A stretch of DNA of 60,124 nt. Origin: Arthrobacter sp. GTDB taxonomy: Bacteria; Actinomycetota; Actinomycetes; Actinomycetales; Micrococcaceae. Shown here piece after piece: positions 24,005-35,443 of the stretch. How positions within the stretch are numbered: position 1 is the stretch's first letter; the number at the start of each line of letters is the position of its first letter. The notes beneath the pieces were generated by a model. The model was not told where the DNA came from. It saw only the letters and a list, made by a program, of their open reading frames with translations, and did no database searches. The position numbers and the translations under genes are program-made. The DNA is taken from positions 1 through 60,124 of the forward strand of contig JASLAA010000204.1 of assembly GCA_030147325.1 (NCBI GenBank), in the 5' to 3' direction.

Positions 24005-24622
24005 ATGCCCTCCGTAACCCAGCTCCACCGAAGCGCAACCGAGGAGCTCGCCGAAGTCAGCGGTGCACCACGCCCGGTCCTGGTACCGCTCGGCCCACCA
24101 GCACCCTCGGAAACGGCGACGATCATCGAGCTACGGCCGACGCCGACTCCCGGGGAGCACTACCCTGCGGGCGGGCCGGGCCGACGATCGACCGTGACAC
24201 GGGCCGGCGGCCTCCCGGCCGGTCGCGCGACCCCATCCACGGAACCCGCACTGGCGGTGGACGCTTCACAGCGTATCTCCGGTATCGCCCGGTCCGTCGC
24301 CCAGGGCGCACTCGAGGTCCTGACCGGGTCGCGACCGCTGCAGCAGATGGCGCGCTGGCTCGACCCCGAGAACTACGAGCGCCTCCAGCTGCGGGCGAAC
24401 CTGGTTCGCTGCATCGCCGGATCGCCGGGCACCGATCGCGGCACGAGCGCGCCCTGTACCCGACGTCAGGTCGTGGTCAGGTCGGCTCGCGTCTGCCCTG
24501 TCGGTCCCGGGGTGTACGAGGCATCCGTGGTCGCGTACGACCAGAAACGCGTCCGCGCCGTCGCTCTGCGAATCGAGCGACGGCGCGGGACGTGGCGGGT
24601 GACCGCCCTCGAGATCGGCTGA
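24005..24622 (+). CDS. Rv3235 family protein
   Basis: LEVLTGSRPLQQM..W, RVRAVALRIE..WRVTALEIG; convergent with secA; GAAAGGA RBS. Confidence 0.85.
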   Translation: MPSVTQLHRSATEELAEVSGAPRPVLVPLGPPAPSETATIIELRPTPTPGEHYPAGGPGRRSTVTRAGGLPAGRATPSTEPALAVDASQRISGIARSVAQGALEVLTGSRPLQQMARWLDPENYERLQLRANLVRCIAGSPGTDRGTSAPCTRRQVVVRSARVCPVGPGVYEASVVAYDQKRVRAVALRIERRRGTWRVTALEIG

Positions 24623-27331
<2,709 letters not shown>

Positions 27332-27453
27332 GGGTATTTGCTCCCAATCTGATGCTGCCCAAAGATGGCGTGTCTAGTCTACGTGAGGGACGTTCCGCCC
27401 CCCGCTTTGGTTCCCCTCCGGCACTGCGCGACGCTGCGGGACTCCGTGTCCGC

Positions 27454-28665
27454 TCAGAGTAGCCTGCCGAGCTGCGAGGAGAGCGCGGGCGCGAGCTCCC
27501 CCCGATCCTCGACGACGACATCGCCCAGCCCCAGCCACCGGGCGAGCAGGAGCAGTTCGTGGGCGAGCTCTTCGGCGGTGTCCGCCGGCGCATCGGGTTC
27601 TGCATGGCTCGCCCGGACCAGGAGCCGGCCCGATGCCCGGTCCGCCTTGAGGTCCACGCGCGCCACGATGGCATCGCGCAGCAGGAAGGGCAGGACGTAG
27701 TAGCCGTGGACCCGTCGATCCGATGGTGTGTAGATCTCGATGCGGTAGTGGACACCGAAGAGCCGATGCAGCCGGTTCCTGTCGAACACGAGGGAGTCGA
27801 ACGGGCTCAGCAGCGCCCTGCCCCGTGCCTGCCGTGGCAGGGCTGCGGCAGGATGGAGGTACCAGGGCTCGGTGCCGCCGTCGACGGTCGCTGTGTGCAA
27901 GACACCTGCCGTGACGAGCGTATCGAGCGCGGTCCGGGTCTCCCGGACCGGGGTGCGGAAGTAGTCCGCGATGGAGCGGGCCGGGGCGACACCGAGAGCT
28001 CCTGCCGCGCGCTCGGCCAGGACGGCGAGGGCGTCCGACGGACTGACGAGCTCGTCCGCCGATGCCGGATGCGGAAGCACCTCGCGTATCGGTGCGTACA
28101 GCCGTTCGAACTGTGCCGTGCGGCCCGCCGATCCCACCCTGCCCTGTGCGAAGAGGTCCTCGAGGACGCGTTTGGCGGCCGTCCAGCGCCAGCCCCATCC
28201 GTCGGCCGGCCGGGACGTATCTCCTCCCAGGAGCCGCTGGATGGTCGCGGCGGTCATGGGAGGACCGTCGGTGAGGACAGCGAGGATCGAGCCTTCGAGT
28301 GCATCACGCACCTCGGACGGCAGACCGGACGCTCCCATCCAGGTCCGGCGTTGCCAGACCCGGAGGTGAGGGAACAGCTCGGGCGGGACGAGACTCGCCT
28401 CGTGCGCCCAGTACTCGACGAGCTTCCGCGGTGGCCGCGAATACAGCGAGTCCAGGTGCGCTCGGTCGTACGGTCCGAGGCGGGAGAACAACGGGAGGTA
28501 CTGGGATCGGACGAGCACGTTGACCGAGTCGATCTGCAGGACCTGCAGCCGCTCGGCGGCAGTAGCGACTGCACGGCGCGTCGGCGCCGCCCCGGACCGG
28601 GGGCGATGCAGCCCCTGGGCAGCAAGGACGATGCGGCGGGCCTGGGCGGTGGTGAGATTCGGCAA
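27454..28665 (-). CDS. YcaQ/AlkZ family winged-helix DNA crosslink glycosylase (HTH_42)
   Basis: LQIDSVN (QxD), EYWAHEAS, LLSPFD, YRIEIYTP..R.HGYYVLPFL. Confidence 0.9.
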   Translation of the reverse strand: MPNLTTAQARRIVLAAQGLHRPRSGAAPTRRAVATAAERLQVLQIDSVNVLVRSQYLPLFSRLGPYDRAHLDSLYSRPPRKLVEYWAHEASLVPPELFPHLRVWQRRTWMGASGLPSEVRDALEGSILAVLTDGPPMTAATIQRLLGGDTSRPADGWGWRWTAAKRVLEDLFAQGRVGSAGRTAQFERLYAPIREVLPHPASADELVSPSDALAVLAERAAGALGVAPARSIADYFRTPVRETRTALDTLVTAGVLHTATVDGGTEPWYLHPAAALPRQARGRALLSPFDSLVFDRNRLHRLFGVHYRIEIYTPSDRRVHGYYVLPFLLRDAIVARVDLKADRASGRLLVRASHAEPDAPADTAEELAHELLLLARWLGLGDVVVEDRGELAPALSSQLGRLL

Positions 28666-28678
28666 GGGACTCCTGCAC

Positions 28679-28713
28679 GGAACTGCCTCCGCACCGGGTG
28701 CGGAGGCAGTTCC
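28679..28713 (-). terminator. Hairpin between hpf and ycaQ-like gene
   Basis: GGAACTGCCTCCGCAC / GTGCGGAGGCAGTTCC perfect 16-bp inverted repeat. Confidence 0.8.
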
Positions 28714-28758
28714 TCGGTTGTCAGCGGGCGCGAACCGGATCGCCCGGCCCGTCAGGCG

Positions 28759-29493
28759 CTAGGAGGCGCTCGCGGCTTCCTTCGCCCGGTAGGCCAGGAG
28801 CTCCTCCTGCGGCTCCTCCGTACCCTCGGCGCACTTGGCGTCGAGGGTGATGACGCCGTACGTCCAGCCCTGCCTGCGATACACGACCGACGGCGCTCCC
28901 GTGGCGGAGTCGACGAAGAGATAGAAATCGTGCCCCACGAGTTCCATGTTGTCGACCGCGTCGTCGAGGGTCATGGGGGTACCCGAGAAGACCTTGCGGC
29001 GGATCAGGACCGGCGAATCACCGGCAGGGACGTCATCCGGCGAGGAGTAGGCGTCGACCTCCTCGGGCTGGGGCGCAGGCTCCACCGTCGGCTCGATGCT
29101 CGGGGTGTCGAGATAGATGGGCTGGGCGGAGTCGGCGGGCTCCAGGTCGGCAGTGGCGACCCGGACCGCGATCGGCGTGTGCCGGCCGTGGTGGACCTTC
29201 CGTCGGTCCCTCGCACGCCGCAGCCGCTCGAGGAGCTTGCCGTAAGCGAGGTCGAACGCGGCGAACTTGTCCGCCGCGGAAGCTTCGGCCCGGACGACCG
29301 GGCCCTTGCAGAGCACCGTCAACTCGACTGTGAGCGAGGTGTCCGCCATACGTGCGCTGGGTTCCTTGGTGATCTTCGCATCGACGCGCTGTACCTTGTC
29401 GCCGAGCTGCTCTATCTTGTCGATCTTCTCCGTCGCGTACTCACGGAAACGGTCCGATACCGCCAGGTTACGACCATTGATCACAAATTCCAT
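28759..29493 (-). CDS. hpf: Ribosome hibernation promoting factor (long HPF/RaiA)
   Basis: MEFVINGRNL, RAEASAADKFAAFD, MELVGHDFYLF, VVYRR..YG; GGAGG RBS. Confidence 0.95.
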   Translation of the reverse strand: MEFVINGRNLAVSDRFREYATEKIDKIEQLGDKVQRVDAKITKEPSARMADTSLTVELTVLCKGPVVRAEASAADKFAAFDLAYGKLLERLRRARDRRKVHHGRHTPIAVRVATADLEPADSAQPIYLDTPSIEPTVEPAPQPEEVDAYSSPDDVPAGDSPVLIRRKVFSGTPMTLDDAVDNMELVGHDFYLFVDSATGAPSVVYRRQGWTYGVITLDAKCAEGTEEPQEELLAYRAKEAASAS

Positions 29494-29676
29494 GGTGCCC
29501 TCCACATCGCTAGGTGACACGACGGCGGCCGGGCTGGATGCAGAGCCACCGCCGACGGGTATGTCTCTATCACTGTGTTGTACCCGTACTTCACCGTAGT
29601 TCACCCCCGTCCTTTATTCATCCCTCGGCACGGTGAAACTTCCGGTGGTGTACGGATCGATCCTGCGACACGTCGG

Positions 29677-30681
29677 TCAGGTGAGGTGGGACGTCGAGGA
29701 GGTGCGGAGTCCGCTTCCCGCCGGAGACCCGGTGGCGGCGATGACGACGGCGCCGGTCACCCGGGCGCCACTGTCGACCAGGACGCGGTGCACCTCGCCG
29801 ATCGTGGCGCCGGTCGTCAGGACGTCGTCGATGATGAGGCAGGTCCTCCCGGACAGCGCGTTCCGCCTGCCTGGGACGACGCACATCGAGTGGAGGACGT
29901 TCGCGCGGCGATGACGACGCCCGAGGCCTTTCTGCCCGCCCGTCCGACCGGCGAGCACGGACGCCAGGAGTGCTCGGACCAGGTAACCGGCACCGCCACG
30001 CCCGACAGCCGCTCCCAGCCTGGCCGGAAGGGGAAGCTGCCGGACCACGGGTGCGAGCGCCGTACCGGCCGGCACCTGTCCGCTCCGGTCCAGCCTGGTC
30101 AGGAGGAGCATCAGGGGGTCGTAGCCCCGCCTGCGGCGGGAGGATGCGCGGGTCGGCACGGGTACCAGTAACAGGGGCAGCGACGCGTTCTCGACGTCGC
30201 ACCCCGAGGCCGCGGCATGCAGTGCCCCGGCGAGCGCCGCAGCCACGGGAACGGTGAGGTCGACGTGCCCGTGGTTCTTGAAGGCGAGCAGGACCAGCGA
30301 GACCGCGCGTCCGTACCTCCCCGCCGCGACCACCGGCAACGGGCCGAAGGCTGGGGACGGAGGGTGCAGGGGCGGAGAGTGCGGGGGCGGAGAGTGCGGG
30401 CGCTCAGTCGCCGGCGTGGTCGGCGCACCCGCCACTCCTGCCCGGGCCAGTAGGACGTCGGGGAGGGATTCCGCGCCGTCCTCCGCCTGGAACGGCCGGC
30501 TCGTCGCCCTGCGGAACAGCGCCGAGCACTCGCCGCACAGTGAGGTGTCCCAGCGACCGCACACCACGCACGAGGAAGGCAGGGCGAGGGCACCGAAAGC
30601 TGCGAAGGCTCCGGCCACCAGGCGATAGAGGCGCCCGAACACGATCGAGTCCAGGAGCGTTCCGAGCAGGGCTGGCCTCAT
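29677..30681 (-). CDS. comF: ComF family phosphoribosyltransferase-fold protein
   Basis: CVVC..LCGEC Zn ribbon, RRRGYD, LIIDDVLTTGAT; between lpqB and hpf. Confidence 0.88.
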   Translation of the reverse strand: MRPALLGTLLDSIVFGRLYRLVAGAFAAFGALALPSSCVVCGRWDTSLCGECSALFRRATSRPFQAEDGAESLPDVLLARAGVAGAPTTPATERPHSPPPHSPPLHPPSPAFGPLPVVAAGRYGRAVSLVLLAFKNHGHVDLTVPVAAALAGALHAAASGCDVENASLPLLLVPVPTRASSRRRRGYDPLMLLLTRLDRSGQVPAGTALAPVVRQLPLPARLGAAVGRGGAGYLVRALLASVLAGRTGGQKGLGRRHRRANVLHSMCVVPGRRNALSGRTCLIIDDVLTTGATIGEVHRVLVDSGARVTGAVVIAATGSPAGSGLRTSSTSHLT

Positions 30682-30687
30682 GCGTCC

Positions 30688-30740
30688 AGCGTGCTGCACC
30701 GAAGCGCAGGGCGACAGGCCCTGCCTCGCTACGTGGACAG
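30688..30740 (-). promoter_or_regulatory. CTGTCCACG box + CACGCT -10, leaderless comF
   Basis: Box (7/9 DnaA-box-like) 38 nt upstream of -10; ATG 6 nt after -10. Confidence 0.45.
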
Positions 30741-30742
30741 GA

Positions 30743-32497
30743 CTACCCCGGGAACGCCGGGTCCCGGACGTCGACCTCTTCGTCCGCCCAGCTGGTGCCG
30801 ATGCGCCGGAACAGCGTGTCGCCCGCCTGGGCGTAGAACGTGTCCTCCGCGTCGGAGCCGGCGCTGATCGCCAGAACACCCTCCAGGGCCGCCATCGACT
30901 CCTGCCCGCCGTCCAGCTGCAGGATCACCGGAACCGCTTCCTCCCCCGGTCCGACGGACGAGGCCACGACGGTGCTCGGCCCCGCCCAGGCAGCGGTGTC
31001 GATGTTCCCCGCCGTCTGCAGGGTGAGAGGTGTCGTGAGTGACTGCGGGGCACCCTCCGCCGACCGCGTGATGCCTGCGAGCAGCACCTCACTGGTGCCA
31101 CCGCGATCCGTGACGAGCAGGGCGCGGGATCCGTCCCGCGACACCCTCAGGTCCTTGATCCGCCGATCCCCCAGCCATCCGGCCGCGAGCACGGAGGCAT
31201 TCTCCTCGGTCCCGCCGGGAGGGATGGCGAGGACCTCGCTGCGTGCACCGCGCTCCCTGGTGGTCCAGACCCAGTTCTCGGGATCGAAGGACGGTTGGGT
31301 GAGACCGCGACCGCCTGCGACATCGCGGACCTCGCTTCCCGGCGCCGTGATGTAGAGGAAGGTCCGTGCGGAGTTCAGGAACGCGTAGGCGCTGCCCGAG
31401 ACCGACGTCGCCGGTTCCCGCGGCTCGATGTCCGCGACGGACGGCAGTCCGTCGATCGGCACCACGGCGCCCCCGCGTACCCGGACGATCTCGCCGTCCG
31501 CGACAGCCACCTGCTCGCCGCCGACATCCGGATTCAGCTCGGGCACCACCAGTCCCGGCGACGCAGGACCCAGCTCGATCGGCTGGCCGCTGGTCATCTC
31601 CACGGAGGTGACACCGTTGAGGCCGAGCAGGTTGACCCGGAGCTGCTGGTTCATCTGCTGCAGGCCGAGATCGGTCGCGCCCACGAGGACCTCGGACGAG
31701 AGCTCGACGGCGGCCGTTCCGGAAGTGATCGGCACGGAGTCACGGGCCAGTGACACGCCTTCCGGAAAGGCACTCGTGACCGACCCCTGCAGGTAGGGGG
31801 ACGGCCCCGCGAGCATCGCGCTCACGATCCTCGCCGTCACTCCGGTCCTCCGCACGAACCAGCGGGCGTCGGGCACCCAGTAACGGTAGTTGCTGCTGTA
31901 GAAGTAGAGGCTGTGCGAGATCAGCAGGTCGCGGGCGGCGCTCTGGGCGAGCATGATCCCGTCCGGGATCTCGGCGATGCGCCACTCGCCCTCCACCTGT
32001 TCCATACGAACGCCGAGGGTCTCCGTCGCCGGCAGCGCGCTGTTGGTCCGCACCCCTCGGGAGTCGACCGTGCCCGTCGTCTCGAGCTGGATCTGGTAGA
32101 CCCCCTCGGTCCCGCGTTCCTCGACGCGCGGATCCGAGCTGAACAGGACGATCCGCTCCTCGGGTTCCCACGTATCAGCCATCTCCCGCGTCAGGAACTG
32201 GCGGGCCACGCTGTAGCCGTCCCCCGCCCCCGTCCCGGCGGTGATGAAATCGAGCAGGATCCGCGCGGGCGACGCACCGGGCGCGGGTCCCTCGGGCGAG
32301 AAGGCCGGAGCGTCGGCATCGGCCTCACCGTCCGCGGCCGGGATCACGCCCACCGGTCCCCTCGTCGGGATCGCCGAACACCCGGTCAGCAGCAGGAGGC
32401 AGAGCGCGAGCAGCGCAGCGACCACCGACGTCGCGCAGCGCGGGGCAGGGCGCCGCAGGGTGCTCCGTGCGGGTGTCGTCGCACTAGTCCTTCGCAT
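30743..32497 (-). CDS. lpqB: Lipoprotein LpqB (GerMN + beta-propeller)
   Basis: Lipobox LLLTGC, GEWRI, VPDARWF, VSRDGSRA; downstream of mtrB. Confidence 0.93.
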   Translation of the reverse strand: MRRTSATTPARSTLRRPAPRCATSVVAALLALCLLLLTGCSAIPTRGPVGVIPAADGEADADAPAFSPEGPAPGASPARILLDFITAGTGAGDGYSVARQFLTREMADTWEPEERIVLFSSDPRVEERGTEGVYQIQLETTGTVDSRGVRTNSALPATETLGVRMEQVEGEWRIAEIPDGIMLAQSAARDLLISHSLYFYSSNYRYWVPDARWFVRRTGVTARIVSAMLAGPSPYLQGSVTSAFPEGVSLARDSVPITSGTAAVELSSEVLVGATDLGLQQMNQQLRVNLLGLNGVTSVEMTSGQPIELGPASPGLVVPELNPDVGGEQVAVADGEIVRVRGGAVVPIDGLPSVADIEPREPATSVSGSAYAFLNSARTFLYITAPGSEVRDVAGGRGLTQPSFDPENWVWTTRERGARSEVLAIPPGGTEENASVLAAGWLGDRRIKDLRVSRDGSRALLVTDRGGTSEVLLAGITRSAEGAPQSLTTPLTLQTAGNIDTAAWAGPSTVVASSVGPGEEAVPVILQLDGGQESMAALEGVLAISAGSDAEDTFYAQAGDTLFRRIGTSWADEEVDVRDPAFPG

Positions 32498-34406
32498 CGT
32501 CGTTCTCCGCTTCCATCCCTGTGTCGGTGGTTCCCGGCGTCCGAGCCTGCCGCTCGCCGCCGGCAGTGGTCGGCTCAGCGGCCGACGGCGGCAGCGCCAG
32601 GGGCGAGCACGTCAGCTCTCCCCCCTCGCGCCGGGGCAGGGTCAGACGGAAGCAGGCGCCCTCGCCGGGCAGCCCCCAGGCCTCCAGCCACGCGTTGTGG
32701 AGCCGGGCGTCCTCCGTCGCGATGGACAGTCCCAGCCCGCTGCCGCCGGTTGTCCGGGCTCGGGCGGGGTCGGCGCGCCAGAACCGGTCGAAGACACGGG
32801 AAGCGTGGAGGGGGGTCATGCCGATCCCGTGATCCCTGATCGCGACGGCGACCGCTTCCGGGTTGCATGCGATGTGGATCTCCACGGGCCGCGACTCCCC
32901 GTGCTCGAGTGCGTTGACGATGAGATTCCGGAGGATGCGGTCGATCCGCCGTGGATCGGCATCGACGATGCAGCTGGCCTCCGCCGAGATGACCCGCAGC
33001 TCCGACCCGAGTCGGTCGGCGAGGGGCCGGGCACCGTCGATCGCGTGCTGCACGAGATGCACGATGTCGGTCGACTCGGCCTCCAGCACGGCGGCTCCGG
33101 CATCGAACCGGGAGATCTCGAGCAGATCGGCGAGCAGGGCCTGAAAGCGTTCCACCTGATCGAACAGGATCTCCGCCGAGCGCTTGTTCACCGGATCGAA
33201 GTCCTCCCGCGCGTCGTGCAGCACCTCCGCGGCCATGCGCACCGTGGTCAGCGGCGTCCGCAGCTCGTGCGAGACGTCCGACACGAAGCGCTGCTGCATC
33301 TGCGACAACTGCGCGAGCTGGGTGATCTGGTCCTGCAGGCTGCCTGCCATGTGGTTGAACGAGACACCCAGCCGGGCGACCTCGTCCTCGCCGCTGACCT
33401 CCATGCGTTCCTGCAGGTGGCCGGCTGCGAGCTTCTCCGACACGGATGCCGCATGGCTGACCGGCCGGACCACGCTGCGGGTGACGTACCAGGTGATGGC
33501 ACCGATCACGAACAGGAGCACGAGGCCGACGAGCCAGAGGACGCGGTGGATGTCGTCGAGCGTCGACTGCATCGAGGAGAGGTCGTAGTACACGTACAGG
33601 GCATAGGAGCTGCGCTCGGGTGGAAGCTGCACCTGTGTCCCGAAGACGAGACCCGGCACGTCCTGTTCCTCGGTCTGCGTCACCGGGATGGTGACGGGAG
33701 CCCAGTAGATGTCCTGGCCGGCGGCAACAGCAGCCTGGAGATCATCCGGGATCATGCCCTTGGTGACCCCCTCCTGGCTCACCGTGTCCGGGATGAACAG
33801 ACCTTCGCCGGCCGAGATGGACACCAGGATGGCCTGCCGGGGTGCCTGCGTCTCGTTGCCGACCAGCGCGTTGACGGAGTCGAGCACCAGCCGGTTCGTC
33901 GTGTCGCGGTCAGTCGCCGAGGATTCCCGGAAGACCGCCTTCGTGGACGTCAGGGCGCTGGCCGCCTCCGCGCTGAACTGGTCGAAGCGCTCCTCGTACA
34001 GCGCGTTCGCGATCTGATTGGACAGGAACCCTCCGACGGCCACGAAGGAGACGGAGGTGAGGAGCATCGTGGCGACGACCGTGCGGAACTGCAGGGACCT
34101 CCGCCAGCGGCTGGGCACTTCCCGGAGCAGGGTGCGCCCGCGATCGACCAGGGCCGTCGATCGCCCGTCCGGTGCGGCATCCGGGAGGGATTGCTCGGCA
34201 GCGGGTGCCGGCGCGACGGCTCCCGCTACGGGTTGTGCCGGCCGGCCCGTGGCGACGCCGGGCAGGGCACGGTCTCCTCCACCCTCCGCGGCGACAGCAT
34301 CGCCGCCATGCGTCCGAGCCTCGGTGCGGACAGGATGGGCCTCGGCATCCGAGCTGGAGTCCCCAACTGCCCCGTCCCGCGGCCCCGTGGACACGGGGGG
34401 CGTCAT
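32484..34406 (-). CDS. mtrB: Sensor histidine kinase MtrB (start uncertain; ORF open to 34586)
   Basis: WRRSLQFR, HAMP, FVSDVSHELRTPL, RFWRADPARARTTGGSGLGL. Confidence 0.92.
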   Translation of the reverse strand: MTPPVSTGPRDGAVGDSSSDAEAHPVRTEARTHGGDAVAAEGGGDRALPGVATGRPAQPVAGAVAPAPAAEQSLPDAAPDGRSTALVDRGRTLLREVPSRWRRSLQFRTVVATMLLTSVSFVAVGGFLSNQIANALYEERFDQFSAEAASALTSTKAVFRESSATDRDTTNRLVLDSVNALVGNETQAPRQAILVSISAGEGLFIPDTVSQEGVTKGMIPDDLQAAVAAGQDIYWAPVTIPVTQTEEQDVPGLVFGTQVQLPPERSSYALYVYYDLSSMQSTLDDIHRVLWLVGLVLLFVIGAITWYVTRSVVRPVSHAASVSEKLAAGHLQERMEVSGEDEVARLGVSFNHMAGSLQDQITQLAQLSQMQQRFVSDVSHELRTPLTTVRMAAEVLHDAREDFDPVNKRSAEILFDQVERFQALLADLLEISRFDAGAAVLEAESTDIVHLVQHAIDGARPLADRLGSELRVISAEASCIVDADPRRIDRILRNLIVNALEHGESRPVEIHIACNPEAVAVAIRDHGIGMTPLHASRVFDRFWRADPARARTTGGSGLGLSIATEDARLHNAWLEAWGLPGEGACFRLTLPRREGGELTCSPLALPPSAAEPTTAGGERQARTPGTTDTGMEAENDDAKD

Positions 34407-34557
34407 CGGTTCGCGGGCGGAGAAAGGCGCGGCTCGGAGGGCTGCGGAACGGGACGCCGGCGCACCGGGCTCGCTACCGGGTCGGTCACCGTCATCGCCC
34501 GTACCCCGGCCGGGCGGTGCAGCAGGAGCGGGAGCGCGTCCGTCCGCACTCCCGGCA

Positions 34558-35235
34558 TCAGCCCTGTCCGGCCTTGTAGCCGACACCGCGCACCGTCAGG
34601 ACGATCTCGGGGGCTTCGGGGTCGCGTTCGATCTTGGACCGCAACCGCTGCACGTGGACGTTGACGAGCCGCGTGTCCGCGGCGTGGCGATACCCCCACA
34701 CCTGCTCCAGCAGCAGCTCGCGGGTGAAGACCTGCCAGGGCTTCCTGGCGAGGGCCACCAGCAGGTCGAATTCCAGCGGTGTCAGGGACACGCGGTCACC
34801 GGCCCGCGTGACTTCGTGGCCGGCGACGTCGATGCTGACCTCTCCGATACGGAGGGTCTCCGGGGCCTTCGATTCCGCCGGACGAAGCCTGGCCCGGACC
34901 CGGGCGACGAGCTCGGCCGGCTTGAAGGGCTTCGGCACGTAATCGTCGGCGCCGGATTCGAGCCCGCGGACGACGTCGGACGTGTCGGACTTGGCCGTGA
35001 GCATCACGATGGGGAGATCGGACTCGCTGCGGATCTGGCGGCAGACTTCGATGCCGTCCATTCCGGGGAGCATGAGGTCCAGCAGGACGAGATCCGGATG
35101 GGTGGCGCGGAAGACGCCGAGGGCGGCCGCACCGTCGGCGCAGAACACCGGGTCGAATCCGTCGTTGCGCAGGACGATGCCGATCATTTCGGACAGGGCC
35201 TCGTCGTCGTCGATGACCAGTATGCGAGCCTTCAT
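34558..35235 (-). CDS. mtrA: Response regulator MtrA
   Basis: MKARILVIDDD, LLDLMLPG, VWGYRHAADTRLVNVHVQRLRSK; leaderless after CACTAT. Confidence 0.97.
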   Translation of the reverse strand: MKARILVIDDDEALSEMIGIVLRNDGFDPVFCADGAAALGVFRATHPDLVLLDLMLPGMDGIEVCRQIRSESDLPIVMLTAKSDTSDVVRGLESGADDYVPKPFKPAELVARVRARLRPAESKAPETLRIGEVSIDVAGHEVTRAGDRVSLTPLEFDLLVALARKPWQVFTRELLLEQVWGYRHAADTRLVNVHVQRLRSKIERDPEAPEIVLTVRGVGYKAGQG

Positions 35236-35443
35236 ACCCCAATAGTGTCCCATCGGGCGCACAAAGTCCCACCAGCCCCGTTCCGGCGCGCGGCGGGGGT
35301 GGGACCCAGCCCGCTCCCGGAGTCCTGTGCGATGGATCGAACGGCCGCGACGCCCGCCCCGCTGCAGAATCCGGTGCTGCGGCTCACTATGATGCAGGAG
35401 GGGTGCGACCGCGTGCTCGTCTGCTACGGATCGAGGGGGAGCC

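Noticed and set aside
28718..28740. TTGTCAGCG as a PafBC/RecA-NDp promoter for the YcaQ-like gene
   Set aside because: Wrong strand and no TAnnnT at the required spacing
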